Of a stretch of 64,000 nucleotides of DNA, positions 21,401-29,882 are shown piece after piece. Source of the DNA: an uncultured archaeon (GTDB lineage: Archaea; Thermoproteota; EX4484-205; JAAOZP01). A model generated the notes under the pieces. That model saw only the letters and a program-made list of their open reading frames with translations. It was not told where the DNA came from and did not search any database. Numbering within the stretch: the stretch's first letter is position 1; every line of letters starts with the position of its first letter. The DNA lies in assembly GCA_938045545.1 (NCBI GenBank), contig CALIBN010000002.1:32001-96000 (forward strand). Reading direction: 5' to 3'. The position numbers and the translations under genes were made by a program.

Positions 21401-21633
21401 TTAATGGGACTATTTCCGTGGATTGGTGGTTCTCCGGAAAGGACTTTCACCTGCAGCTGACCATCCCGGCTAACACGTCGGCACTAGTCCACGTTCCGAC
21501 GACGGATCCGAGAAGGGTAAGAGAAGGCGGGAAGCCTGCTGAGGAGGCTGAATGCGTCCGGTTTATCGGTATGAGAGAGGGCTACGCCGTGTATCTAGTC
21601 CTCTCCGGAAGCTACAGTTTCGTCGCTGCGTGA
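18451..21633 (+). CDS. Alpha-L-rhamnosidase, GH78, with inserted lectin/CBM67-like module
   Basis: LRCEY..NPLGID, DFGQN, FTYHGFRYVE, PTDCPQRDERQGWTGD, GATTIWERWN, MNSFNHYAFG. Confidence 0.93.
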   Translation: MELTEDLTMIGLSKPFEEGGKSCLKAGRLRCEYRVNPLGIDVLRPKLSWIVESSERGQLQTAYQIIVSSTRLNLEKGIGDLWDTGKVKSDQTSQIEYSGKPLSSRMECWWKVRVWDKDGRLSEWSEPARWTIGLLTPDDWKAKMIGYDEYAEWEEPNFSGCRWIWFNEGNPLKEAPVASRYFRRTVDLPFNRKIRGGIFLLTADDQAIVFVNGVEAGRSDGKPRTIEITRLLRPGKNVFAVMATNLGGPAGLLGKAVIEFEKEESFTVITDKKWKVSAYAEEGWIGLDFNDEHWANALELGDFTKAPWGVLGIKPPYVRPLPLLRKSFSVNKQVKRAFIYVSALGSCELHLNGKRVTEDYFIPGWSDFRKRAYYRTYEVTDLLQPGRNAIGAILHSEWYSGYQGGWGRRNKFGRGPRLLVQLEIEYADGERQLIVSDETWKATYGPILEADNYMGETYDARREINGWDEPWFDDGNWKEVVAEDVKDIDLRLTYHPGEPIRKTMELVAKSIREVSSGVFIYDFGQNMVGTVRLRIRSAKPGDRIVLRYAEVLNPDGTLHTANLRGARATDVYFCKGAAEEGFEPRFTYHGFRYVEVTGYPGKPLLDAVTGIVLHSDIPIRGEFSSSNPILNRLFENIVWSLRGNYFEVPTDCPQRDERQGWTGDAQIFSRTAAYLADVSSFMTKWLIDLNDGQREDGAYPEVAPATGSGFGTPAWSDAGIIIPYVVWRFYGDARVIRLYYENMTRYIEYLVENSKDFLRPEIGYGDWVPAGSETPKDVLSTAYFAYVVKLMVEMARAIGKEDDAKLYEELFEKIRSAFVKAYVEPDGRIKGETQTCYALALDLKLLPEELEKLALEHLVKDIENRDWHLSTGFVGTRHLMQALTKFNRVDVAYKLLLQETYPSWLYPLRLGATTIWERWNSMTEEGIHEPGMNSFNHYAFGSVGEWLFSTVVGISTEGVGFKRIIVKPHPSRELGCVHSKYESINGTISVDWWFSGKDFHLQLTIPANTSALVHVPTTDPRRVREGGKPAEEAECVRFIGMREGYAVYLVLSGSYSFVAA

Positions 21634-21706
21634 CAAGCATTTAACCCGCTGACTACTAACAGGCGTTTCGTCTCCTTAAAACTCTAAGCACCTGGCATAA
21701 CACGTG

Positions 21707-22312
21707 TCACAACATATTCTTAACGAACTCCTTTATTTTCCTCTTGATCCCGGGACGAAGGACGTCCTCTCCAGTATTAACATTACCCACTACTATATGG
21801 CCGATATACTCCATCCTATGATATTCGACAATCCTTCTATAAGCTTCGACAACCAAATCTGCTCCGTCGAATTCGTCCCCCGCCGCGGTCACGAGCAGGC
21901 CACATTTCTTCCCCTCGAGGAGCGAAGTGTAAGTGCCGTCCTCAGCGTACTTAGCCAGACAATAAGTCCGGTCGAGGAAGGCCTTCATTAACCATGAAAA
22001 CGACCAGTCAAAAACCGGCGTAGCAAGCAGGATACAATCGGCCGAAAGCATCTTGGGAAACATCTCCTGCATGTCATCCTTAATGGCACAGCCTGGTTCA
22101 TCCATGACCTTTTGACAGGCGAAGCATTCCACGCAACCAGAGATTTTCCTACCCATAAGATGGATGAGCTCCGTTTCATGCCCCCGTTTCCTCGCCTCTC
22201 GCAGAACTGCCTCCAGCAAGGTAGCGGTGTTCCCCTTCCTCCTAGGACTTCCGAGGAACCCGTAAATCCTCAGCTTCTTCGCGACCATGTTTTTAGCCCC
22301 TTCTCGACACAT
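21707..22312 (-). CDS. Flavodoxin-fold iron-sulfur flavoprotein / NADPH-dependent FMN reductase
   Basis: GSPRRKGNT, CVECFAC...C, DDMQE, ATPVF, KAFLDR. Confidence 0.88.
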   Translation of the reverse strand: MCREGAKNMVAKKLRIYGFLGSPRRKGNTATLLEAVLREARKRGHETELIHLMGRKISGCVECFACQKVMDEPGCAIKDDMQEMFPKMLSADCILLATPVFDWSFSWLMKAFLDRTYCLAKYAEDGTYTSLLEGKKCGLLVTAAGDEFDGADLVVEAYRRIVEYHRMEYIGHIVVGNVNTGEDVLRPGIKRKIKEFVKNML

Positions 22313-22527
22313 GTTAAAAGTTTTTAGCTTTCAGAAGCGTTCTGTGGTGTTAGGACATTTCATAACGGAGTTTAGAGATGATGAGACGAACTTGACAAAC
22401 TCCCTGCCCAGAATTCCCCCGTAACGTGCGTAAGGACCGAAGGAAGGATTTCTAGCACGTGTTATTCCGTCTTGAAGAGGCACGGGATGCCATAGACTTG
22501 CCCGCCATACGACGTCTGCCCTGAGGT

Positions 22528-23535
22528 TCACCCATAGAACCACTCTATGGGGATGATCTTCAGCTTAAGGGAAAAATGCCTTCCCTCGCTGACGTAATAT
22601 GTCAACAGGGCCTCCTCGCCGAAGAATGTGACGCTGGGATAGGCATACGTGTATCTTTCATCGATCTCTATATTTTTAACGTTTTCCCAGGTTTGACCCT
22701 CATCCCGCGATATGGCCACTGTTAAGGGTACCCTTTGAGGTCCCTGTGTGTTATTCCAGACCAATAGGAGGTCGTTCGTCTCAGGTATCCTTTTCATCGT
22801 CTGAGGGGATTCCGGAGACACGACGTTCATCGGCTCTGGTCTGCTCCAAGTTTCCCCGAGGTCGTCTGAAAAAGACCTGTAGATGTAACCCAATGTGGTT
22901 CTAAACCACATTAGGAGCCTACCATCCTTCAGCTCAATTAAGCCCGGCTCATCTGCGGTAGCGTTGGGCAACGAGACATCCATCGCTGACTTGAACCACG
23001 TCCTTCCATTATCCTCGGAGTAGAAGCAAGAGGATACGAACTTGGGCGTTACCCAAGCGTTCAGGGCATAGGCCACCGGCAGCAGGATTCTCCCGCTGGA
23101 TGTTTGGATCGCCCGATCGTTATTCGTGGTGAAGTATCCGGGATAAGCCTTTGCGATGGGCACGGGCTCACTCCAGGTTTTCGCCTCATCAAGGGATCTC
23201 CTCACGTAGGGATGACAATCCGTCTCAGAATTCTTGACTGAAAAGAATAGGAGGATCTCGCCAGTTTTAAGCCTAAGGAAATCCGCTTCCATAACGTTCT
23301 CCACCCCAATATCCTCCTGTATCGTGAATGGTTCGGTCCACGTTCGTCCCCCATCCTTAGAAGTCTTCCCCGCAATCCTCGCCGGAGCCATGTCATGAGG
23401 ACTATAATGGTAGAACTCTGTGTAGCCGAGGAGTAAAGTCCCGTCCCTCAACTCGATTATGTCTGCCTCAGTGTTCCTAGGATTTCTTTCAGTCGCCGGG
23501 CAAACAATGAGTTCATAGATCTGCTCCCCATTCAT
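22528..23535 (-). CDS. BNR/Asp-box sialidase-like beta-propeller protein
   Basis: Five Asp boxes (SKDGGRTW, SLDEAKTW, SEDNGRTW, SDDLGETW, SRDEGQTW) and C-terminal AYPS. Confidence 0.85.
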   Translation of the reverse strand: MNGEQIYELIVCPATERNPRNTEADIIELRDGTLLLGYTEFYHYSPHDMAPARIAGKTSKDGGRTWTEPFTIQEDIGVENVMEADFLRLKTGEILLFFSVKNSETDCHPYVRRSLDEAKTWSEPVPIAKAYPGYFTTNNDRAIQTSSGRILLPVAYALNAWVTPKFVSSCFYSEDNGRTWFKSAMDVSLPNATADEPGLIELKDGRLLMWFRTTLGYIYRSFSDDLGETWSRPEPMNVVSPESPQTMKRIPETNDLLLVWNNTQGPQRVPLTVAISRDEGQTWENVKNIEIDERYTYAYPSVTFFGEEALLTYYVSEGRHFSLKLKIIPIEWFYG

Positions 23536-23636
23536 AGGATATCACCCATTTCCTCATTTCTTCTCATCTATATAAGATTTTAGAAACATGTGACTATCCA
23601 AACCTTTATATTTACCCTTTAACTCAAAAAGGTCAA

Positions 23637-25073
23637 ATGGGATCGAAACTAATCATTGTGGACGATTGGCCACAGCTGTTTATCGACGACATGCTGATGG
23701 AACATTGGAGCAATGTTTCGTTGAGGATAAACCCGCCGATGAAGGCCGGTCCAGTCCTACGCGCAGACAGGCTTTGGGAAAGCCATAGGGTTGGCGCTTA
23801 TGGAACTGTGATGGAAGACCAGGGGATTTACAAAATGTGGTATGATGCCATAGATTGGGACGGCAGGATCTTTCATTGCTATGCCATCTCAAGGGACGGC
23901 ATCAGCTGGGAAAAGCCCAACTTGGGCTTGGTCGAGTACCACGGTTCGAAAGATAATAACATCCTTCCCCTCCCGCCGTGCGGCACAGTCTTCATAGACC
24001 CGAAAGCCCCTAGGGAGAAGCGCTATAAGTATATCACATACGGCCATGGCAGTGAGGCAGGATATTTAAACGAGCATGGCGTACGGATTTGGTGGTCTGA
24101 AGATGGACTTAGATGGCTGCGGAATAAGGACTATGCGCTTCCGTTGATCTCGGATACGCAAACTCAGGCGTTTTGGGACGATAAGATCAATAAATACGTC
24201 GCCTACTTGCGCGCTTGGAATCCATTGAGATGTGTAGCGAGAGTGGAGGTCGAGGACATACTCAAGCCATTTCCGTACGAGCCCCGAAGGGATGTTCAGT
24301 ATGGTCCAGTGAGCGCGCGAGAGAATTGCATAACCACCGAATTGCCCATAACATTCAAGTACGACGATGAAGATCCGAAGGATTCGGACCATTATAATCC
24401 ATGCGTGATAAAATATCGGTATGCAAAGGACGTATACTTCATGTTTCCAAGCGCATATTTACACTATCCGGAGCCCCCGGTGGGTAAACGTCACAACGAT
24501 GGGCCGCTGGAGATCCAAATAGCTACGAGCAGGGATGGGATACATTGGAACAGGCTCGATAGGGAGCCCTACGTGAGGCTGGGAAGGACGGGCGAGCCCG
24601 ATAGCGGAATGATGTATATGCTTATCGGGATGATCCATAAGGCTGACGAAATATGGATGTACTATGCGGGCTATGACTATACCCACGGTTGCTACGACCT
24701 CAGCTCTATGAAGTATACGGGTGCCATCTTCAGGGTCGTTCAAAGGCTCGACGGATTTGTGTCGATAGACGCAGGATATAAAGGAGGCGAGTTCACAACG
24801 AAACCTTTATTATTCAAGGGACGTAGGCTCCTGCTTAACGTGGATACCTCCGCAACGGGTGGGGTAAGGGTGGAGATCCAGGACGAGGATGGAAGGCCAT
24901 TAAATAAGTTCAATCTGGACGATTGCGATGAGATCCATGCTAACGATTGTCATAAAGTCGTGACATGGAATGGAGTTTCCGACGTATCCAGCTTAGCCGG
25001 TACTCCCATCAGGCTCCGCTTCTCGATGAAGAAGGCCAAGCTCTATTCCTTCCGCTTTTCTGAGCGACTTTAA
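23637..25073 (+). CDS. Uncharacterised beta-propeller glycoside hydrolase-like protein
   Basis: SRDGISW, SEDGLRW, SRDGIHW repeats; RLDGF followed by a C-terminal beta-sandwich. Confidence 0.65.
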   Translation: MGSKLIIVDDWPQLFIDDMLMEHWSNVSLRINPPMKAGPVLRADRLWESHRVGAYGTVMEDQGIYKMWYDAIDWDGRIFHCYAISRDGISWEKPNLGLVEYHGSKDNNILPLPPCGTVFIDPKAPREKRYKYITYGHGSEAGYLNEHGVRIWWSEDGLRWLRNKDYALPLISDTQTQAFWDDKINKYVAYLRAWNPLRCVARVEVEDILKPFPYEPRRDVQYGPVSARENCITTELPITFKYDDEDPKDSDHYNPCVIKYRYAKDVYFMFPSAYLHYPEPPVGKRHNDGPLEIQIATSRDGIHWNRLDREPYVRLGRTGEPDSGMMYMLIGMIHKADEIWMYYAGYDYTHGCYDLSSMKYTGAIFRVVQRLDGFVSIDAGYKGGEFTTKPLLFKGRRLLLNVDTSATGGVRVEIQDEDGRPLNKFNLDDCDEIHANDCHKVVTWNGVSDVSSLAGTPIRLRFSMKKAKLYSFRFSERL

Positions 25074-25178
25074 AATTTCAGAGGGATATTTCAATAAAGC
25101 GATGGTCTGTAGGACTTAAAGCTGTATCTGGAAACCTGTAAAAGTTTTTAAAGTCTTTATACCGGAGTCCGAAGGCAA

Positions 25179-25943
25179 ATGAACAATTTTAAGGAAAGGA
25201 TGAGGAGTGGAGAGATACTATTAGGTACGGCAATAGAGACTCCGGAGCCGGATGTCGCGGAGCTCATGGGCATTCTGGGTTTCGACTGGTTCTGGATAGA
25301 CATGGAGCATTGTCCCCTTGACGTCAAAGATGTCCAGACGATACTTCAGGCCATGGGTAGGTCTGAAACCGCAACCCTAGTCAGAGTCCCTTGGAATGAC
25401 CCCGTTTACATAAAGAGGGCCCTCGACCTTGGGCCTACTGGAATCATAGTTCCCTGGGTTAACAGCGAGGAGGAAGCCAAAAAAGCGGTAATGGCCTGTA
25501 GGTATCCCCCGGAGGGGATTAGGGGCTGCGGCCCGAGGAGGCCAGTGTGGTACAAAGATTTCACTGAATACGTTAGGGAAGCCAACGAAAACGTGGTAGT
25601 TGTCGTCCAAATAGAGACAAAAGATGCCATAAGGAACCTGAGGGAGATAATCTCCGTCCCGGGCGTGGACGGCACGATGGTTGGACCAGGAGACCTGTCC
25701 GCTTCCTTAGGCCACTTGGGCTATCCAAATGATCCAGAGGTCCTAAGCGCGATAAAGACCATAGTCGATGCGCATAAGGGAACAACGGTATGTCCTGGAA
25801 TGGCGTCTAATCCTGTGGATGCGGAGAAGCATATAGAGATGGGTTTCAGGCTGGTGAATGTGGGAAGCGATTTAGGTTTCATGAGGACTGCGGCTACGGA
25901 AACCTTAAGTAGATTAAGGAATTATCTGAAAGAAAGCCGTTGA
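25179..25943 (+). CDS. HpcH/HpaI class II aldolase (2-keto-3-deoxy sugar-acid aldolase)
   Basis: GFDWFWIDMEH, VRVP, YPPEGIRG, QIET, GPGDLS. Confidence 0.9.
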   Translation: MNNFKERMRSGEILLGTAIETPEPDVAELMGILGFDWFWIDMEHCPLDVKDVQTILQAMGRSETATLVRVPWNDPVYIKRALDLGPTGIIVPWVNSEEEAKKAVMACRYPPEGIRGCGPRRPVWYKDFTEYVREANENVVVVVQIETKDAIRNLREIISVPGVDGTMVGPGDLSASLGHLGYPNDPEVLSAIKTIVDAHKGTTVCPGMASNPVDAEKHIEMGFRLVNVGSDLGFMRTAATETLSRLRNYLKESR

Positions 25944-25986
25944 CTCGGGTTAAGTATGTAAGCATAACTCGATTGTTTAGCGGTGC

Positions 25987-27108
25987 ATGGATATGAAAAG
26001 AGAAGTCGCCATTTTATCCCTAGTCACATATTTCCTGTTTTTGGGAGCCGGTTCATCACAAATGTTTCTAATTCCTTATCTTAACCGCACGTTTTCCAAC
26101 GTGCTGAATTCGCTGGTTTTGGCAGTGGTATACATGTCCATAATTTTAGGGATCCTTCTTCTGAACGTTCCCTCTAAAGGGAGGCACTTAAAAAATATGC
26201 TCGTCTTTGGCGTAACCGGATATGTTGTTTTTCCCTTCCTCGTATTCTTAACGAAAGAGTACATATTGCTCATCACATCCTCGATATACTGGGGAGTAAC
26301 TGTGGCATTCTTTTGGATCTCGACCCTTTTCATCGTACTGAACATTTCTGACGAAAAGGAATCTGGAACAAGCTCAGGCACGATTTTCTTCGGAGCATGG
26401 CTCGGGACGTTCTTCGGGACAAACCTACTCGGTCTGGTTCAAAAAACATATGGTTATGACCTTGTCTTCCCAGCGGCTGCCTTTTTAAGCATGTTAGCAT
26501 TCCTTCCTATCTACTTTCTGCCCCCTAGTATAGAAGAGGTCTCGAAAAAAGTCAAGCTCAAGGATTTACTTGTCATGGGTGGAAGTAAAATAGTGACGTT
26601 CTTTTATTTTTTGAGCTGCTTTGGATATGGCATTCTCATAGGCTCCGTAAGCTGTGTCGTGTCCTCAACTCTAGGTCCCTCTATGATAGGACCCATCTTA
26701 AGTGGGTACTCCTTGATCTCGGCCCTGTTCAGCATCTACGGAGGGAAGGTCTCTGACCTCATAGGAAGAAAGAAGACGTTCATAATCGCGTTCTTCCTGG
26801 GAGCCCTTGGCCTCTTTCTAGGCTCCATCTCCATGAACCCAGTAACTCTCATAATCCTTTGTATCCTAGTAGGGTTTCAAGGGAGCGCAGCACCCGTTAA
26901 CGCTTTCGGCTGGATAGGGGATAAGACGAGGGAAAGCGGAAGATTGTCGAGCATATGCTCAAGCTTCGTATGGAATTCCATTGGTGTCACCTCTTCTCTC
27001 CTCCTTTCGTCAACCATCTATGAATTTTCAGGAAGCTATCAGACAGTGTTTTTCTTATTCGGAATTCTTTCCTTATTTTGCAGCATACTTGCCCACTTTT
27101 TAAAATAG
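25987..27108 (+). CDS. MFS transporter
   Basis: About 12 hydrophobic segments; GKVSDLIGRKK motif A. Confidence 0.88.
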   Translation: MDMKREVAILSLVTYFLFLGAGSSQMFLIPYLNRTFSNVLNSLVLAVVYMSIILGILLLNVPSKGRHLKNMLVFGVTGYVVFPFLVFLTKEYILLITSSIYWGVTVAFFWISTLFIVLNISDEKESGTSSGTIFFGAWLGTFFGTNLLGLVQKTYGYDLVFPAAAFLSMLAFLPIYFLPPSIEEVSKKVKLKDLLVMGGSKIVTFFYFLSCFGYGILIGSVSCVVSSTLGPSMIGPILSGYSLISALFSIYGGKVSDLIGRKKTFIIAFFLGALGLFLGSISMNPVTLIILCILVGFQGSAAPVNAFGWIGDKTRESGRLSSICSSFVWNSIGVTSSLLLSSTIYEFSGSYQTVFFLFGILSLFCSILAHFLK

Positions 27109-27273
27109 ACGGAGACGAGATCACTAACGTCAAGGGTTAGCAGTTAAACCTTTTCTTAAGTTTCCGCTCTTCGTAGAGCGAGAAGTAACGCTCAGCTTTC
27201 TAACCGATATTAACACATCCCGTTTCTTCACATTGAAAAACTTTTTATTCACCTGAAAAATAAGGAAAGCTTC

Positions 27274-28431
27274 ATGGAACCTTTGACACCGAGAGAACGG
27301 TTTCTCCGAGTGGCCTTATTTAAGAACCCCGATAAGATACCATTATGGAGCGTGGGGAGCGCTAGGCCCGCTACGCTGAAAAACTGGATTAAGCAGGGGT
27401 TGCCGGAAAACGTGGATCTGGCTAAATACCTTGGTGTTAAGGGCTGCGAGGTTGGAGCTGTCGACATAGCATCCTACCCGGGTGAAGGATTTGAGTGGAA
27501 ACCAGATCCGAATTTGATCAACCTAGGGCCGGAGCCAGCATTCGAACACAGGATAATAAAAGAGGACGAGAGACATAGGGTTTGGGTCGACAGCCTAGGG
27601 ATAACACAGATAGGGTTTCAGGAAGATTGGAAAAATGGATGGAGCGGTTTCGCAACTAGAAGTTGGGTCGATTTCCCTGTGAAGAATCGTGAGGACTTCT
27701 TAAAGATGAAGAAACGTTATGACCCCAAGGACCCGGAGAGATACCCCAAGAACTGGGACCAGTTAGTTAGGAAATATAGGGAAAGGGATTATCCCCTATG
27801 CGTAACGATTAGAGGACCGTTCTGGTGGGCTAGGGATATGGTCGGCCTAAAGGGAATTGCCTTGGGAATACATAAGGAGCCCAGCCTCATCAAGGAGATC
27901 ATGGATTTCTGCGCTGAGTTTCAAATCCAAGCCCTGCATAGGGCTTTGGATGATGTGGAACTGGACTTCGTGATTTTAAGTGAAGACATGGCTTACAAGA
28001 ACGGCCCAATGATAGGGCCCAAAGCTGTGGAGGAGTTCATGAGCACGGCATATCGCGAGATAGCTAGGTTCTTCAGGGAACACGGCGTGAAGGTTCTAAT
28101 TGTGGATAGCGATGGGAACGTGGAACAGATTATACCAATCTGGCTTAAGCTCGGCTTAAATGGCGTAACACCGTGTGAAGTGGCAGCAGGCATGGATGTG
28201 ATTAAGCTCGGAGAGAATTACCCTGACTTAATAATGATAGGCGGGATAGATAAGAGGGAGCTTGCCAAGGGTAAGGATTCGGTGGAAAAGGAGGTTGACC
28301 ACAAGGTTCCTCCGCTTGTAAGGAGGAAAGGGTATTTCCCGGGCGTCGACCATGCCGTACCCGCTGACGTGCCTCTTGAAAACTACAGATATTTTGTTTC
28401 GCTTTTAAAGAAACATTGCGGATGGGAATGA
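27274..28431 (+). CDS. Uroporphyrinogen decarboxylase family protein (DSDG subtype)
   Basis: LTPRERF, EDMAYKNGPMIGP, DSDGN, PCEVAAGMD, GGIDKR, DHAVP. Confidence 0.8.
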   Translation: MEPLTPRERFLRVALFKNPDKIPLWSVGSARPATLKNWIKQGLPENVDLAKYLGVKGCEVGAVDIASYPGEGFEWKPDPNLINLGPEPAFEHRIIKEDERHRVWVDSLGITQIGFQEDWKNGWSGFATRSWVDFPVKNREDFLKMKKRYDPKDPERYPKNWDQLVRKYRERDYPLCVTIRGPFWWARDMVGLKGIALGIHKEPSLIKEIMDFCAEFQIQALHRALDDVELDFVILSEDMAYKNGPMIGPKAVEEFMSTAYREIARFFREHGVKVLIVDSDGNVEQIIPIWLKLGLNGVTPCEVAAGMDVIKLGENYPDLIMIGGIDKRELAKGKDSVEKEVDHKVPPLVRRKGYFPGVDHAVPADVPLENYRYFVSLLKKHCGWE

Positions 28432-28440
28432 TTAGCCGAG

Positions 28441-29826
28441 TTAAAGGTAGGCGCCCTGTTGAATTAATGTTTCTCTAAGCTCTTTCCCATCAAGTTGCCT
28501 AGGCCTTAAACCCTTTTTAACGCATAGGGCAGCAGCAACCCCTGCTGCCTGGCCTATTGCCCTCATGTTAGGCTGGATCCTTACCGCAGCGTGAGCTTCG
28601 AAGGAAGCTGAAAGAGCCCTGCATGCAACAATCAAGTTTTCAACCCTCAATGGTATCAGTGATCTGAAAGGTATTTCATGGTACTCCTCAGGGCCTAGTT
28701 TTTCTCTCGCTGGCAGATGTCTGGTTGGCAGATGTATGTCAATCGGATACCTGTTTCTTGAAACAGCGTCTTCAAACTTCTTGGCGCTAAAATAATCCTG
28801 CGCGGAAAGAACATACTCGCCGATTATTCTTCGAGACTCCCTTACACCGACCATCTGAGCAGTCATGGCCAAGTAGGAGTTTTCGAAACCAGGTATTTTC
28901 TTCCTTAGGAACTTGAAAAGCCTGCTTATTCTCCTCCTACCCTGTATCGCTGCCTCCGTGAGATGATCCGCGTTAAATCCCTTGAAGTTGCCGATTATTC
29001 TTGGACAGTTGAACGCGATGACCCCCGGCATCCCAGGTACGCTGAACGCTTGAAAATAAGCTATGTCCGAATCCTCCAGAATACCTTCTTCAACACCCTC
29101 GTTGAAGTATTTTTCAAGTGGCCATCCTCCACCCGGGACCATTGCGAACTCTATGAGCGGCGGGTCGACATAGCTCCTGCTGTCATTTTCAACAAGGAAA
29201 ACAGCGAGTTTTTCGATGTTAACATTTCCCACCATGAATCTTAGTGACATCGGCTGGCTAACACCGTCCTCCTTTCTCCCGGATTCGAAGGGGACCCCTG
29301 CGAGTGCAGCAACATCCCCGTCGCCAGTGGAGTCAACGACAATCTTCGAGAAAACGGCCTGTCTACCAGACTTGTTCGCTATCACTATTCCCCTTAGTTC
29401 ATCAGCATCCATTATAACGTCCTCTACAAACGTGAAATAGAGAACCCTCCCACCAGCTTCCAGAACCATTTCCTCCAACACGAATTTTAAGGCCTCCGGG
29501 TTAAACCAACCATCATTACCATTTTTATCTATGGCAGCGCAACCCATTTCTAGAAGACGCTGCTGTATCTCCCGGCTTATCCCCCTGACAAGCGGCGTCC
29601 CCCCTACATGGTTCGGCATCATCGGCACCACGAGCGCCGCCGACCCGCTTCCACCTAGAAAGCCGAATTGCTCGACCAAAAGGGTTTTAACACCGTTTCT
29701 CGCAGCAGCTATTGCAGCCACAGCTCCGGCAGTACCACCACCTGCCACAACCACGTCGAAACACCCATAGGTATTAAGCCGTCTAGCTTCCTCTAGTTTC
29801 ATCTTTACCCGGTAAGCGTAAAGCAT
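28441..29826 (-). CDS. FAD-dependent oxidoreductase (PF12831-type); start may be ATG 29802
   Basis: GGGTAG, DSTGDGD, GVRESRRI.GEY, YPIDIH, IPFRSLIP, GQAAG. Confidence 0.88.
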   Translation of the reverse strand: MLYAYRVKMKLEEARRLNTYGCFDVVVAGGGTAGAVAAIAAARNGVKTLLVEQFGFLGGSGSAALVVPMMPNHVGGTPLVRGISREIQQRLLEMGCAAIDKNGNDGWFNPEALKFVLEEMVLEAGGRVLYFTFVEDVIMDADELRGIVIANKSGRQAVFSKIVVDSTGDGDVAALAGVPFESGRKEDGVSQPMSLRFMVGNVNIEKLAVFLVENDSRSYVDPPLIEFAMVPGGGWPLEKYFNEGVEEGILEDSDIAYFQAFSVPGMPGVIAFNCPRIIGNFKGFNADHLTEAAIQGRRRISRLFKFLRKKIPGFENSYLAMTAQMVGVRESRRIIGEYVLSAQDYFSAKKFEDAVSRNRYPIDIHLPTRHLPAREKLGPEEYHEIPFRSLIPLRVENLIVACRALSASFEAHAAVRIQPNMRAIGQAAGVAAALCVKKGLRPRQLDGKELRETLIQQGAYL

Positions 29827-29882
29827 ATTTTAATCTAACTCGTCCATGGGCTGCTGATAGACACTTGCAAGACCAGAGGTAT

